Assembly: GCF_022045235.1 (NCBI RefSeq)
Contig: NW_027266273.1
Span: 25,978,001 to 26,042,000 of the forward strand
DNA from: Haliotis cracherodii
Taxonomy: Eukaryota
DNA: 64,000 bases
Direction: 5' to 3'
In this document: positions 12,212 through 26,500 of the stretch, piece by piece
Position numbering within the stretch: the stretch's first letter is position 1
How the letters are laid out: each line of letters opens with the position of its first letter
Notes under the pieces: generated by a model
What the model was told of the DNA's origin: nothing
The model's input: only the letters and a program-made list of their open reading frames with translations
Databases searched by the model: none
Made by a program: the position numbers and the translations under genes

Positions 12212-15200
12212 TTACACGGCAACTGCATCCGTTGTTTCTTCTTCCTCAACATCGGAGTGTTCTGGAGAGACGTCAGGCGCGTGTTCGCACACACAGCCCC
12301 CAGGGATCAGCAGGGAGTGGGGGGCAGACGAGGGGTAGGAGGAGTGCATGCTGCTAGCTGCGTGGACGCCGGTTGTAGCACCCATGCTGCTGCTACGGCG
12401 ATAGTTCCTAATGTTGGCGAGAGGTGGCGCCACGCTGCTTCTTGACTCATACTGAGTAGACATGCTGAAGTTCCATCTTGACAGTGATGTTTCCTCTGTT
12501 CTCGGCTCCTTGTAGGCCACCCGTCTCAGGGCACTGCTGGTCAGATGCGTGATTCTGTTACAGAAACAATGCGACATGAAGCATTTTTCATTTACCGTGT
12601 TTCTCATTGACATGAAAAATCCATGTATAGTCACGAAAGAAGGCATACAGTCGACCAATACTGCATGGCGAATTAACGATCTTACTGCATTTCTTAAAGG
12701 TAATACATGTGTCCCCAACATTTAACTCTCCCGTGTTTTGTTGTGAGCATTTTTTCAAATCTTTCTGGTGTCCCCCGCCATGATGTTACTGAAATATTGC
12801 TAAAAGCGTCGTAAAACCATACATACTCACTCATTCAAAACTTCCACGAACAGAAAGATTAGTAGCCCAACTGATAATGAATCATTTGTGGATACAAACG
12901 TTTGTGACGACCGCACATTTATGAATGTGCGCAAATAAATCTAACGACTTATTTTATTGACTGTTCTAGAGAGTGCATGCAAACCCCAACCGCACCTTCT
13001 GACAGTGCAGATTGCGACGACACATATCACTCCTGACACAACTCCGCAGATTCCAACTCCAAGAATGACAAGACCTTCGTGTGGGAAATAAAATATAACA
13101 GGTTAAACACGTACTTTAATTTGTTCTACCTGTGCTTCATTGTTGACCTCATGTCCTTGTCTGGTAGAAAAACGTTCTTTAACTAATAGTATAGTTCCAA
13201 CTGTTCAATGACTAGTATCACGTTTCGTATTATTCTTTCAAATCAAAAGTAAAACCACCTGTGTATAGCAAATTTGTTTCAAATAATCATAATTAACGTT
13301 GTTCTACCAACTCTATTTAATAATGTGTACATCACTGGTTATAAGTCACTGACGATGGAGGAATTTTAGCTTCCGACACGTTGATCTATTACATACACAG
13401 CAAATAGTCTTTACAGGTCCGTTTTTCTTTAGCTCACTTATCATAATGTGCACATGAGGGACTTCACAGGGGTCTTTTTCCCATTAACCTATGCTTGTCG
13501 TGTACAGGGATCTAGTTGCCGGAGGTGACGTCATAGTCACGTGACCTGTGCATCCAAGATAGCTGCACTTCCGGTCCCGTGAGCGCGTGTGCGCCTCTAA
13601 GATGGCGGCACTTCCGGTTCCGAGAGACGTGCGCCTCCAAGATGGCGACACTTCCGGTTCCGGGAAGGTGTGCGCCTCCAAGAAGGCGGCTCGGCGCATC
13701 CAAGATGGCGGCGGCGGGGAAGGAGGGAAGGCGGGAAGGCGGGAAGGAGGAAGGCGGGAAGATGGGAAGGAGGAAGGCGGGAAGATGGGAAGGAGGAAGG
13801 CGGGAGGAGGGAGGGATGAGGAGGAGAAGGAGGAGGGAGGGAGGAGGAAGGAGGAGGGTTCTTTGTTTTGGTTTGGTGGTGGTGTTGGTGGAGGGTAGTC
13901 TTGAATGAAAGCCTTCTTTCGTGAGAGATGGTAGGCCCTGAAAAGGGCCGTTTGGAGGAAAATGATGCAAAAACGGGACCGGGAACCGGAAAACGGGAAA
14001 CGGGAACGGAAACAGGATACAGAAACGTCATCCTAGCTACTTTGGCTGTTGGACTCAGTAGTAGCTGCATGGCGGCCAACGACCAAAGTAGCTACAGTTG
14101 TATCATGGCGTCTTGTGGTGTTCTGGCTTTGGCATGAACTAGTTGTCAGCACGAGTCAATGATTCTATCCACTCCGATGGTGCACTAGTCAACCATTCGA
14201 CTCACTTATCCGTTGGTGACATCCCGCCCGCCTTCCCCGCCTTCCCACGTTCCCCACCTTCCCGCCGCCGCCATCTTGGAGGCGCACGCCCTCCCGGAAC
14301 TGGAAGTGTCGCTATCTTGGAGGTGCACTCCTCCCGGACCCGGAAATGACGCCATCTTTGAGGCGCACAGACCCTCCCCGGAACCGGAAGTGTCGCCATT
14401 TTGGATGCACAGGTCACGTGACTATGGTGTCACTTCCGGCAATCAGATCCCTGTACACAACTTGTCTTGTACGAGGAGAGTTTATGGATCGGGTCCCACG
14501 TTTGTTTGTTTGTTGTTTAACGCCGCACTCAGCAATTTTCCATCTACATGACGTCGGTCTGTAAATGATCGAGTCTTGACCAGACAATCCAATTATTGAC
14601 ATCATGAGCATCGATCCACGCAATTGGGATACGATGACATGCATCAACCAAGTCAGCCAGCCTGATCCTCCGATCTCGTTAGTCGCCTCTTACGACAGGC
14701 ATAGTCGGCTTTTACGACAAGCATGGGTTGCTGCAGACCTATTCTACCCCAGATCTTCACGGATCGGATCCTACGTCAACCGATGGGGTGGTTCGCTACT
14801 CATAATATCAATACCTTGATTATCCGGTCCAGGCTGGATTATGTAATAGCAGCCAACGCATAGCTGGCATATTGCCGAGTGCGGAGTAAACAACAAAGAA
14901 ACAACCATATCCCCCAAATACTTCACGCTAAAGACTTATGTAAACCCATAACTCGTATGACTAGCTATATTTAATTTCTCACCTGTTATCTGCTGTGTAT
15001 CAGCGAGTCCGGTTTGTTGAGTGTCTCCTTTTTTCTCTGTGTCAGGGAGATAGCTTGAGGAGAGTGTTATAACTATAACAATAAAACAAGTAAATAATTA
15101 AATTAGGCGTAAATTGTATACTAGTATCATGAGAATTAGTAAAAAATGCTACTTGTATGAATATATCAATTACCACACAACTATACACTTATGGACAATG

Positions 15201-18200
15201 AAAATGAAATGTAAAAAGTTACCTCCATCGCTTGTCTGCGTTGAATTGGTTGGCGAAGTCGTGTTTTCTGTGTAATCCCCGAGGACTGACGAACACAAAG
15301 ACGTGTTTCCTGGAAATAAGAAATGAAGCGAATTGACAAATAATTGATAAACTTTTCATTATGTATTTGTTATTAGCACTCAATGACATGGATGGTATCT
15401 CGTCAGTTTTTGATGGTGAAGGGACATCGTTATACTTGTCTATGATAATAACAAAGTTTCGTGTGACACGATGTTTTCATTTACATTTTGTAAAGCTTTT
15501 GCGCAACTGCCTTGTTAATCGACCTACCTTTTCTGTCCAGGAACACATCCACGGCCATCACAGTGTCACCCTTCACCATGCACGTAAAATGTCCATAGTC
15601 GTTATCGGATACGTTCCTAATCTTTAACTGCCAGGATCCGTTGTCATAAGAGCTCTTGTATCTATTTCTGAGGCTTGTCTTGCCAACAGATACATATCGT
15701 CCCCTCTTAGTCATCCATATCACCTGCAAACACATATCGTTACGTCACACACGTTCAAGATAGCTATTGTGGGATTAACACGAGTGATTGAGTATGGTTT
15801 TACGCCGCTTTTAGCAATATTCCAGCAATATCACGGCGGGGGACACCAGAAATGGGCATCACACATTGCACCCATGTGGAATCGAACCCGGGATTTCGAG
15901 CGAACGCTTCAACCACTAGGCTACCCCACCGCCCTTGGAATGACACGTCTAGTCACGTCTAAGTATTTGTCCATAGGTAATTAATTACCTTGGATGGCTT
16001 GCGAGCCTTGACGACACAATGTAGTTTGGCTGTTCCACCACAGGCAACTCGAACAGAAGTGCTACCTGATATGCTTTCATTGACTGAAGCTTCACCTGTA
16101 ACGAGCAGAGTATATGTGAACTGTGAAGAGGTCAACCTATTCATGATATACATGTAATACACAGACGGGTTTTCTAAGGATAACAACACACATATGGAAA
16201 CCTCAGGGTGTTGTCTGACACTCTTTTTGGAGTATGGCTTTGTTTCATCAGGGTAACGGCACATGCGCCCCGTATGTCACCGTGACAGAATGGTTCCCAG
16301 CCCCACATTGTTGGTCGAAAGAGACTAGTAATGATCCTTAGCCTCTCACAACGATAACCTGCTTGTGGGTTTCTCCAACCTAGCAAACCAATACCACTTG
16401 ATTAAACGATTCGTTCTAACAAATAGATGGATGCTTGATTGTAGTTTAACGCCACTCTCAGCAATATTCAAGCTACATGACGTCGGTCTGTAAATGATCG
16501 AGTCTGGATAAGACAATCCAGTCTTTGACATCATGACCATCGATCCACGCAACTGGGATGCGATGACATCTTAGACAAAAACAAAATCAACAAGAAATTG
16601 TAGCCACCTCTTTGCGTTAATTCAAACCGCTGTACGATCTTTCTACCGGCGCACTTGTATATGCAGGCATAGACCCCTGCATCCGAACGACGTGGAGATT
16701 TGATTGTCAGTTGGTTCCATTGTAAAGCATATTTCTTAGGATTCACAAATAGCCTCTTGCCGATAGATATTGGGACAGGGTTGCACCATCTTTTCCACGC
16801 TATCTTCATTGTCAGGAAAGATATAAAGTTTACATTAATGTTTTCAAATCAAAATCAATCAAAAGGCAAACAAGATATGCATAAGAGTACATAAACCCAA
16901 GTGCAAAAAGTTAAATTCAGGTGTGTATAAACTTCATAAATAGACATCGTCTCTGGTCTGTCGCTCATGTGCCGTTGCTACAATGACGTATGGAAACATG
17001 ATGTTCAAACGTATATATACATAAATCATACATAAATTCTCATACATAAATTCTTTTCATGAAGATTGTGTGAATGGCCATTGTCAACGGTAGGGCAGGA
17101 ATACCTACCCTTTTCGCGAACACCTGGTGTCATCACTGATTTTCAGTGGTCCATTCTTATGACTTTCACAGCTATTTTCCCTTTCAGGCAAAATGGAATG
17201 TTTCCGTGAATTATCAAGACTGGTTATTGTCTTGTATTGACGTTAAGTATTGACACGATACCCGTTGACGAGAGACTGAACACATGACCTCGAAGATGAC
17301 CTCGAAGATGAACACGGTAAGCGCATGAACAACAACTTGAACAACAACAAGACTTTCCTCTACAATCACACTCCCGAGAAACCCATGGGAATTCCCTTGC
17401 ATGAATACATTCACAACTGCTTCTTATGTACAATAACATACAGGGTCCGTACACTGCGGCCTTTGGAGTCTCCAGTTATTCATCACTAAAACGTCCAATT
17501 TGTATTCTTCATTAAATGACCTTTATTTCAGCGGCTATTCAACATATCTTTAATTCTAATCTTAAATGACCCCTTTAGCAATTATATCTAACTTTTAAAC
17601 ACCACAAGTTCAATGCAACACATTGAATAGCTTCCTTTATTGTTAACCGTGTCGTCCATTTTGACATCCTGTGGTCATGACGGACTTGCACAGTGACTAA
17701 CTGTGTCAAGAAGATGTTGACGAAAAATGCTACTTTAACAGTGATATTATCTAAATATTTTTTTGCAATGTAACTAAAAACAACTTCAGGATGTTACTAT
17801 AGAAGAGTTTGATCATACATGCGCTCTAGCTGTCATCTGTTTTTTTATAAACTATTTTTCGCGCAATACAACTGGTCGTTATCTGTCACATGTACACCTC
17901 GCAGGACGTTCATAAATCTCAATCTTATGAATGTTTGCTGCAAGTTCCGTCAGTACGTAATAACAAATATCGACACAGATGACTGTTAATAGTTAAACAG
18001 GTCACAGTTTGAAAATGAGTAAAATGTGCTACTTGTATGAAGAAAATTGTTGGTAAAATATCTTCGGCTAGCAATACATACCGTCTTGCACCAGGTGACG
18101 TTGCATGTCAAGGTGACGTCTTTTCCTCTGTCGTATGTGATTTGAGTTGTTGATTCTGCAACGTGTTTATTGTGACATATTATTTACCATCCCAAACTGG

Positions 18201-18629
18201 TTTTCACAATAAGGTTTCCACAGTAGATATCGGTTAGTTAGAACAAACCACAAACGTTTTTGTCAAAACATTATTACCTCTCTTTTCTTTTATGTAACGT
18301 CATGTTAAACTTCCCGTTTAATATGAGGCTCGCATTTTATCATTTCTATACATGTGGTACAATTTCAGGGCACTTCGCTGGGTTTCGTGTGATGTATAGT
18401 TTCATATTTTTATAAGCTGGCCTCAATCAAAACAGTGGGTGTTCATCATCTCATAATACTGGGAAACGAAAACTGCAAAAAACTTAGAAGAAAACCCACA
18501 ATTCCAACATCTCACGTAACATAAACGTCCATATATCTCCGTAGCAATTATCAAAGACTTACCTAGTTCCTGATACGTGGATTGGATGGTTGATAAACAG
18601 ATAACTGCAAGAATATAGCCGCCCGACAT
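12212..18629 (-). CDS. Gene B: type I membrane protein with two Ig domains (lachesin/DIP/Dpr-like V/I-set), ~412 aa
   Basis: Nine exons: 18629-18563 signal peptide (MSGGYILAVICLSTIQSTYQEL); 18155-18082 (..GKDVTLTCNVTWCKT); 16803-16608 (IAWKR..LTIKSPRRSDAGVYAC); 16095-15989 (..GGTAKLHCVV); 15723-15528 (VIWM..WQLKIRNVSDNDYGHFTC); 15309-15223 and 15072-14983 (S/T stalk); 13074-12996 (TM LVILGVGICGVVSGVICVVAICTVRR); 12554-12212 (tail). Phases are consistent and total 1239 nt. Confidence 0.88.
13500..14460. mobile_element. Foldback/MITE-like element with ~250-bp imperfect terminal inverted repeats
   Basis: GTGTACAGGGATCT...AGATCCCTGTACAC ends. Arms are internally repetitive (CAAGATGGCG / CACTTCCGG units). 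CTTGTC lies on both flanks (13494-13499, 14461-14466) as a possible TSD. Confidence 0.8.
14500..14765 (-). mobile_element. SINE-like family 3 copy (duplicated hairpin core)
   Basis: Reverse complement of the 5046 element; a partial plus-strand copy follows at ~14785-14903. Confidence 0.85.
15782..15935 (-). mobile_element. SINE family 1 copy
   Basis: Reverse complement of the family 1 consensus. Confidence 0.88.
16433..16570 (-). mobile_element. SINE-like family 3, partial
   Basis: 3' half of family 3. Confidence 0.75.
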
Positions 18630-18799
18630 GACAAGTTACCGTCGAAAACTAAAAGGAAAGCGAAACGCTCGCTTCATCTTCTTCCTGCTTGTTTTATGCA
18701 AAGCTCTACTGTCGGGTACAACTTGCCCTGAATAATAACAGTGTATTATAACACGATGGAAATATCTCGAATCATTTTTTATCTATTTAATGGTTTCAG

Positions 18800-19077
18800 T
18801 GAGTGAGTGAGTTTGGTTTAACGTCGCTTTTAACAGTATTTCAGTTATATCACGGCGTGTCAGCTTAATGTGGGAGGAAAGCCCGAAGTAATGCAGGCCT
18901 CAGACGTTTACCACTTCGGTGAAACCCACGAGCCCGGGTATGGTGCTGACAAACCTAGAAACATAATCGGGGCGAGCCGGGACTCGAACCCACAATCATA
19001 GGTTTCTGCCATGCCCAAGGGACGCAACTCTGCACAGCGAGTCGCGGCGCCTCAGACGACTGGGCCACCCGTGCCCC
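18800..19077 (-). mobile_element. SINE family 2, full-length copy
   Basis: tRNA-like head with B box GGTTCGAGTCCC on the minus strand; (ACTC)n tail. Confidence 0.88.
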
Positions 19078-19136
19078 CTTAATGTTTTGAAAAATCTTTT
19101 AATTATCACAGTGTCACCACCTCCTCCATTATTTTG

Positions 19137-19360
19137 CTTGTTTGGTGTTTAACGCCGCACTCAGCAATATTCTAGTTATATGACGCCGGTCTGTAAATAA
19201 TTGAGCAGCACCAGACAACCCAGTGATTGATAACATGAGTATCGATAGTCAGTTGGGGATTCCATGACATGTTTCAACCATGTCAGCGAGTCTGACCACC
19301 TGTACCAGCTAGTTGTCTCTTGCGAAGAGCACGGGTTGGTGAAGATCTAACCTGAATCTA
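19137..19360 (-). mobile_element. SINE-like family 3, degenerate
   Basis: Similarity to the 14500 copy. Confidence 0.7.
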
Positions 19361-19989
19361 AAAACAATATGCTTGGGGATGCATGGGCGTGAGTTGAGTA
19401 CAGCCATGTACGCGAAAACCTCCGACTCATTCATACCCCAAACAGTCCTCCTTCAATAGTTTAGGCATGGTATGTATGAAACTATTTTGTGATAAATAGT
19501 GTAGCTTGTGGTTCTTGTTTTATAGATATATGATATTCGTTTATCGGTGGATACTTCCTTGCGTTGAACAGACACACATGAACGAGCCGAACCATATCCG
19601 ACAGGATACATGGATGTCAGACGGTCAACTAGCGAGCAACGCAACACTCGAATGTGTGATTATCCTGTCTTGATCAAGTACCTATAAGTATCTAAATGAA
19701 ACATCCAATACGATCATGTTAGTGCTACTCTGTAGCAATAGACACATGCATGTATTAATAGCGGGAGTCAGATTTCCGTGGAACAGTTCTTACTTAGTCG
19801 TACACTTTTCATAGAAATCAAGATTAAGAAATCTCACAGGTTTAACGGGAAACAAGAGAATTGTCCATGACCGTGGTGTTTTCAAAAACATTTATAACTG
19901 GATCTCTCACATTATGACATATATACATGCAGTTATCGCTTTTAGTTAAGGGTTTTATGTTTTTGTATTTTGAGTAATAAGTCAGCTTA

Positions 19990-20215
19990 GAATAGGTCTT
20001 TAGCAACTAATCCATTCCGTGACAGGCGACTGCGCTTGCCGTAAGAGGCGACTAAGGGAAGAGGGTGATCAGGCTCGCTGATTTGGTTCAAGCATGTGAT
20101 ATATCCCAATTGTGTGGACCGATGCTCATGATATCAATCACTGGCTCGTCGTCATATAGCTGTTTATGAGGAATATGATTTTGCTGTGTACAAAACAACA
20201 ATAACAAACAAACAA
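19990..20215 (+). mobile_element. SINE-like family 3, degenerate
   Basis: GCTTGCCGTAAGAGGCGACTAA core; AAAC tail. Confidence 0.7.
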
Positions 20216-20586
20216 AACATTATGACACATATCGTTATCGTCCTTAATTAAGTTCCGCCATTAGATATTATGCGTACGCGTATAGTCTATGAAGTAATAC
20301 GTCATCTTCCTAAGAGTGAAGATCATATGACAATGTCTGTCTGGCAGACAATGGCTGCTCATACGCATTAGCTGTATCCGTTACCCTCCCGTTGAGAAAT
20401 GTGAGGATCTTTGTTATTGAGGCATACAGACCGCAGAGTGGAAAGTGAGTCAGCCTTGGTCATGTGATTGGCAGGATACACAGAGTAAGTGGACTAAGTA
20501 CATTGTGTTTACATACTTATGTCGATGTTTGAACTGTGGCTGTGACAGAACGAACGTGACAGCTCGGTGGATCTGTACCATGTACC

Positions 20587-23500
20587 ATGATGCTGATGGT
20601 GTATCTGCACTTGTCCCTGGTGTTTGCGACAGTTCTCCCACAATCTGCTGAGTCGGGGAAAGGTAGGTTACCACGTGTTGCTAAGACTTGGTGAGCATGT
20701 GGAAGCCCTTTATATTATGATAATTGATGCATTATTTACTTTTTCCTCCAGATATAACCATTCTTCACAACATAAAACCGTGTACATGATTCAATTAATA
20801 ATAAAACACAAGTTTGTTATAAAACACGGTATTAATGGGTAAAATGTGTTCGAGTACTGCTGTTCTTAACCCGAACTGTGGAGCAGGGTACAGGGGTGTT
20901 CCAAATACCTGACATCCTTCTTATCTGTGTGTGGCATCCCTCAGTTATGTCATCAGCAGCTGATCGTGGGATCGAATCCCACATTCTCCTTTTTATGATC
21001 TGTTATGGGGCGAAATGTAAATTACCTGGCATTTTTTTCTCCAGTCTAATTTAATCACCCCTTATACCAATAGATAAAAAAATTCATTGTCTTTTCCTTC
21101 GCCATTTTGTCGGCCATCTTGAATTTCAAAATTCCCGCCATTTTGAATTCGATTTGTATTATATCCACATAGTATGTGTTCGTACACATGGATTCAACAA
21201 ATGAGGTGGTTCCCCTTCATTGAGCTAACACTCAGTGAGATAATTAAACTTTATTTCAAAGGACGCCAAGTGCAATAATCTTGAAGTACAATCCGCTTAT
21301 GTAATATAAGTTTAGCTAACACGGATTGATCGTGTAATGTCACTACAAGTTCAACAGATTTATTGTGATTGTCGTGGTTTAAACAATGAGTGCTTAACGT
21401 CTAATGACATGGATTATGTGACAACGAGGAAGGAGGGGGTTGGCTGAGGATCTTCTTTTTCAGAAAAGGTGTGTTTGTTTAATCCACTGGGTGTATTGTG
21501 ATAACTTTGCATATGTCAGTTTTAGTCAGCAGGGTCAGCACACCCCTATTATTTGCTAATGGTCAGCTATTAAGGGCAATTAGAGTAGTTTGACTCCCGG
21601 ACGATGACAGGATGCGTCAGCTTAATGTGGTAGGAATCTCCCAACATCCTTACCTGTTAACCACTTTGGTACACAGGTGGCATTGGTATGACGCTGACCA
21701 ACCAAATATAACGGAGAGCCTGGGAATTGAACCTACGATCAGCGGATTCTGTACCGACTAAGGGAAGCAACTCGGCACAACGTATAAGACCAGTGGGACA
21801 TTCAGATCCGATCAAATGTCAACGATTTATTAGTATGTGATTTATTACTCAGGCGAACCTTCAGACGACTTGGGAACCGCCATACGCGTACTGTACCAGA
21901 CAAACAGAAGAGTGAATCTCACATGCCTCTTCCCTGCAAGTGCCGATGTAACAGTAGGTTTAGGCTTTAACTGCTCTAGCAATGCTCACGATGTAATCTC
22001 AATCCAATCATTTTTAATTTTTTTACGCTAACACCGCAAAGAAACAAGAAACAGAATAGATTTGATGACCAATATTGCAATACTTGTTTGTTTTAATATT
22101 AATTTTTGTGTGTTTAAGTATGACATTATGACAAAACGATCAATTAAAATAGTTTAAATTAAAATATGAATAATAAGAATTTATAAACTTTACACGACAT
22201 ACTAAGCTTGAATTTTATGATATTTCATCAGGTAACTTGGAGAAAGACGGGGCTACAGGTACCCATTGCCGTAGGACGTTCGGTGATTTCTCATCCCGAC
22301 AAGTACCAGATCGCGGAAGACAGGACGCAAGGCATATCAAGCCTCATCATCGATGCTGCCACGGTGACGGATGCAGGGTTCTACGCCTGTTCTTGGATGC
22401 TGAACAGGACGATGGTGAACTCTACAACATTCGCGCTGGCACGAAAAGGTGAACCCGATGCAATACACTTACATTATTCTCAGCTGTGGTGTGGCGGAAA
22501 TCTATATTACATGTTTCGTAAAGCATGTTTCTAAGTATTAGATGCATGGTGATCATGTGTGTAACATCATAGCTACATATTTGAATTCATGTTGAACGGG
22601 AAAAAATAAATAAGATGGTTTCAGCGACAAATGTGAGAAAATATGATGTTTTGTCCAGTAACAAGATTGATACCAGATTGCAGGAGGACTTATTGCATTA
22701 TCACTCCCTTGTGGTATTAACTGTTATCTCGTTTTGAATGTCACCTCTTTATAATGGATAACTGTAAATAAATTAGTTTTAAATTAAACCAATCATGATT
22801 TCGGATTTGTATTTATTGGTACAAATACGCTTTGTTGTATATCTCACATGAAATAAACAATTTTACTTATGTATCTCTACTTGCAGATAAACATTTCACA
22901 CTCATCCAAACTTCAGAGAAGCCAATAAAGGCTTCTATCGGAGATGATGTCGAACTTCCTTGTATGGTACAGCGAAAACATAAGTATAAGGTTAGAACAG
23001 CGCACTGTTGGGCCAGGGCACTCTACATTCTGGCTGCTAATACATTGAATAGGAATGACATTACTGTAAAGATAAGCTGTGAAATTGAACATCAAGTATA
23101 AAATATATCCAAATGATAGAAAGCAAATGAAAAATTCACATTGTTGAAACAAGTGTTGTCATTATTACATTTGAGCAAGTTAATTGCGACTTTCCTATAG
23201 AATTTTCCTATAGAGCGATGTCGTGATGTCAAAATGTGGTTATGCTCTTCGTCAGTGGTCAATGGGCATATGCACACTTGTCACGTTTCCGCTTCTTAAT
23301 TTAGTCTGGTCGGGCAAAGGTTACACTGATTGAGTGCTGTGCTTGGAGTTATTCGTCTGACACTGGAGATTGAATCGCACAAGGTTAACACAGTATGGGA
23401 AAATACCACTGGATGCCCTGTCCATATGCTGTGTGTTAAAGTGGCCGCAGAGTCTGACTGAACATAATTACCTTCCAGTTCGTCACGAGGTAGAGGGGCG

Positions 23501-26500
23501 GTCGGGTAGCCTTGTGGTTGAAGCGTTCGCTCGTCACGCCGAAGACCAGGGTTCGATTCCCGCCATGGGTACAGTGTATGAAGCCCATTTCTGGTATCTG
23601 TCCCCCGCCGTGATATTGCTGGAATATTGCTAAAAACGGCGTAAAATCATACTCACTCACTTACTCATGAGGATGACCCGGAGACGAATATGTACCCGGA
23701 ACATAATTGATTTATATGTGGTATAAATCAATTCTATAGCTACCAGGACAACGACCTTGAAGCCAAATTTACAAAAGCAAAAAAAACAATTCAACAACGT
23801 TGCTTGTTCGTGTTTGTAATGAACATGTCAAATCACCGTACATTCAGTGGTACTATAGCGTGTTTGCATCCAGCCAACGCTATTTTAACCAAGAAATTAA
23901 AACTGGTTCGTCTGTCGCGCCTAGGGTCGTGTTCGATTCCCAAACCGGGTACAATGAGTCAAATTCATGTCTAGAACCTCATTTACTTCATTTCATAAAC
24001 GTCAATTTGCAATTATTTAAATTTGATAGTATCTCTGTGAGCCTTCATGGAATGACACTTTCTGTGACACTTTCTGTGACACTTTCTGTGACACTTTCTG
24101 TATTTGTGATGTACTTTGCAGGTTCTATGGCTTGATCCGAGATCCCGCGTCGTCGCGTTCGGGTCACGGAGTCTCAGGAAACGATACACGATAAGTTCCA
24201 AGGGACATAGGAGGAACTGGACACTGAAGATAACAAATGTCAATAAAAATGATTTTGGCACGCTCACATGTCTCGTCAACACAAGCCCAATACTCTCCAG
24301 TACTGTGGTATTGTCCAGAAAAGGTTTGTTGACTAAATTCCTGCTTTTCGCTTCGTGTTTGTCTGCTTCTACTAGGCTTATATGCCGCAAATACAGTGAA
24401 TATAATGCTTGACCACTAATAATCGACCGATACTTGTTTGACCCCTTAATGCCAAATGTAAGACACCAAAGTACTATCATACTATCGTTTGAAAGGATGC
24501 GGCAGGGGATGGAACCGCCGACCTTGCGCTGTCCAGGCTGCTACAACATAAAGGAGGCGGGTCACAGCTTGGTCTTCCTCAAAACGTTTGTTATCCCAAA
24601 GAACGAGTATATTTTAACAATAGTCAATTTCCCGAAGAAACAACAACGAGAACAGTATTTAGTTAGGAACATACACATGTAATTCATCTGGATATGGGGA
24701 TATGGATCAAAAGGTTTTCAGTGTGTGACGAATGGAAATCCAGGTTTACAATGTTTTGAGTCGGCTGATTCGGTGTAGTCGTCACCGACGATGTGTATGT
24801 TTGAGCCATCATCTATCATTACGGCACCACTCCCTCCCTCGCCCACTCACTCACTAACTCATCGTATTGTTGCAGGCGATGCCGCACCACGGCTCCATTC
24901 AGCTGTTACAGCCACCACCACACAACGACATGACAATCACCCAAACGTAACAAGTGGTAGGTTATGATCGTTCACTATAGTGCTTATATAAGGCGGAAAG
25001 AACACATCAGGCTCGATGAAAGCTTAGAAATGTGGTGAAATCACGCATGTGTAGTCATGTTGTGAAATATACAATAGATCCGCTCATTCTCCAAACTTAC
25101 AATACATATTTATTTTTGACAGTAACTGTCAAATGGCAAAGTGTCAGTCTTCTGATACATATTTTACATGTGTATAAAAATATATTTTACATGTATATGG
25201 TACACAGAAAAGTATCCCAAATGCATACCCAAGATCATATTCTTTAGCAAAAATAGTCTTGATGATCCATAGACATATGGACCACACGTCTCTAAAAATA
25301 ATAATAGATATATGTGACTGATATTTCCCTATTATGGACCAGTTTCAGATTCATCGGCTGTCAATGTGGACTACGATGCTCCAAACATCGCGGCTGTCCA
25401 TCAAGCAAAGACGGAACAGAGCTGGGGTAAGGGTAGATGTTGACGCCTTGGACGTAATGTTTGCCTGGCGTTTGGTCTTGACGCATTCGCAGGACATGCT
25501 TACCCTTTTCGATAACACCTGCTGTCGTCAGTCATTTTCAGTGGTCCGTGCATGTAATTTCCCTTGGCCTTTTTGTGTAATGATACGATTGTTGTCTTGG
25601 CGTTAACGTTTTATATGCATACATAAATGAGTTTAGTTAATTGTATTCTAATTCTGAAACATTAAATGATGTGATTCCCATGATTGTTATGTATTCCAAT
25701 TGCAGACCGGTTGATTTTGGGTACAAGCATTGGCGTTTGTGGCTTTGTGTTGTTTGTGGGACTGGCCAGTGGATGTTTCCTGGTGGACAGGTAATATTGT
25801 AATGTGTTGTGCGTAGTTAAACACATAGTAGCGGTTGGACAGGTAATATTGTAGTTCACAGTGCTTAGATAATGACAGTTGGTTGGACAGGAAATATTGT
25901 AGTTCACAGTGTGTAGATAATAACAGTTGGTTGGACAGGTAATATTGTAGTTCAAAGTGTGTAGATAATAACAGTTGGTTGGACAGGTAATGTTAGAGTG
26001 TAAAGTCAGCAGTTGTCTGTGGACAGTTGTAGTGTGTAGATAATAACATAATTGGTTGGACAGGTAATATTGCACTGAAGAGGTAATAACATAGTTGGTT
26101 GGACAGGTAATATTGTACTGTGTAGGTAATAACATAGTTGGATGGACAGGTAATGTTGTACTGTGTAGTGTGTAGTTAATAACAGAGTTGGTTGGACAGG
26201 TAATATTCTAATGTGTAGGTAATAACATAGTTGTTTGGACAGGTAATATTGTACTGTGTAAGTAATAAGATAGTTGGATGGACAGGTAATATTGTTCTAT
26301 GTAGGTAATAAGATAGTTGGTTGGACAGGTAATATTGTACTGTGTAGGTAATAACATAGTTGGATGGACAGGTAATATTGTACTGTGTAGTGTGTAGTTA
26401 ATAACAGAGTTGGTTGGACAGGTAATATTCTAATGTGTAGGTAATAAGATAGTTGTTTGGACAGGTAATATTGTATTGTGTAAGTAATAAGATAGTTGGA

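Noticed and set aside
13484-14647. Many overlapping ORFs on both strands
   Set aside because: By-product of the GC-rich inverted-repeat element and an adjacent SINE.
17224-17454. Cys-rich metallothionein-like ORF (CCCSSCCSC)
   Set aside because: Cys run comes from a (TTG)n-like low-complexity tract inside an intron of gene B; no supporting exon structure.
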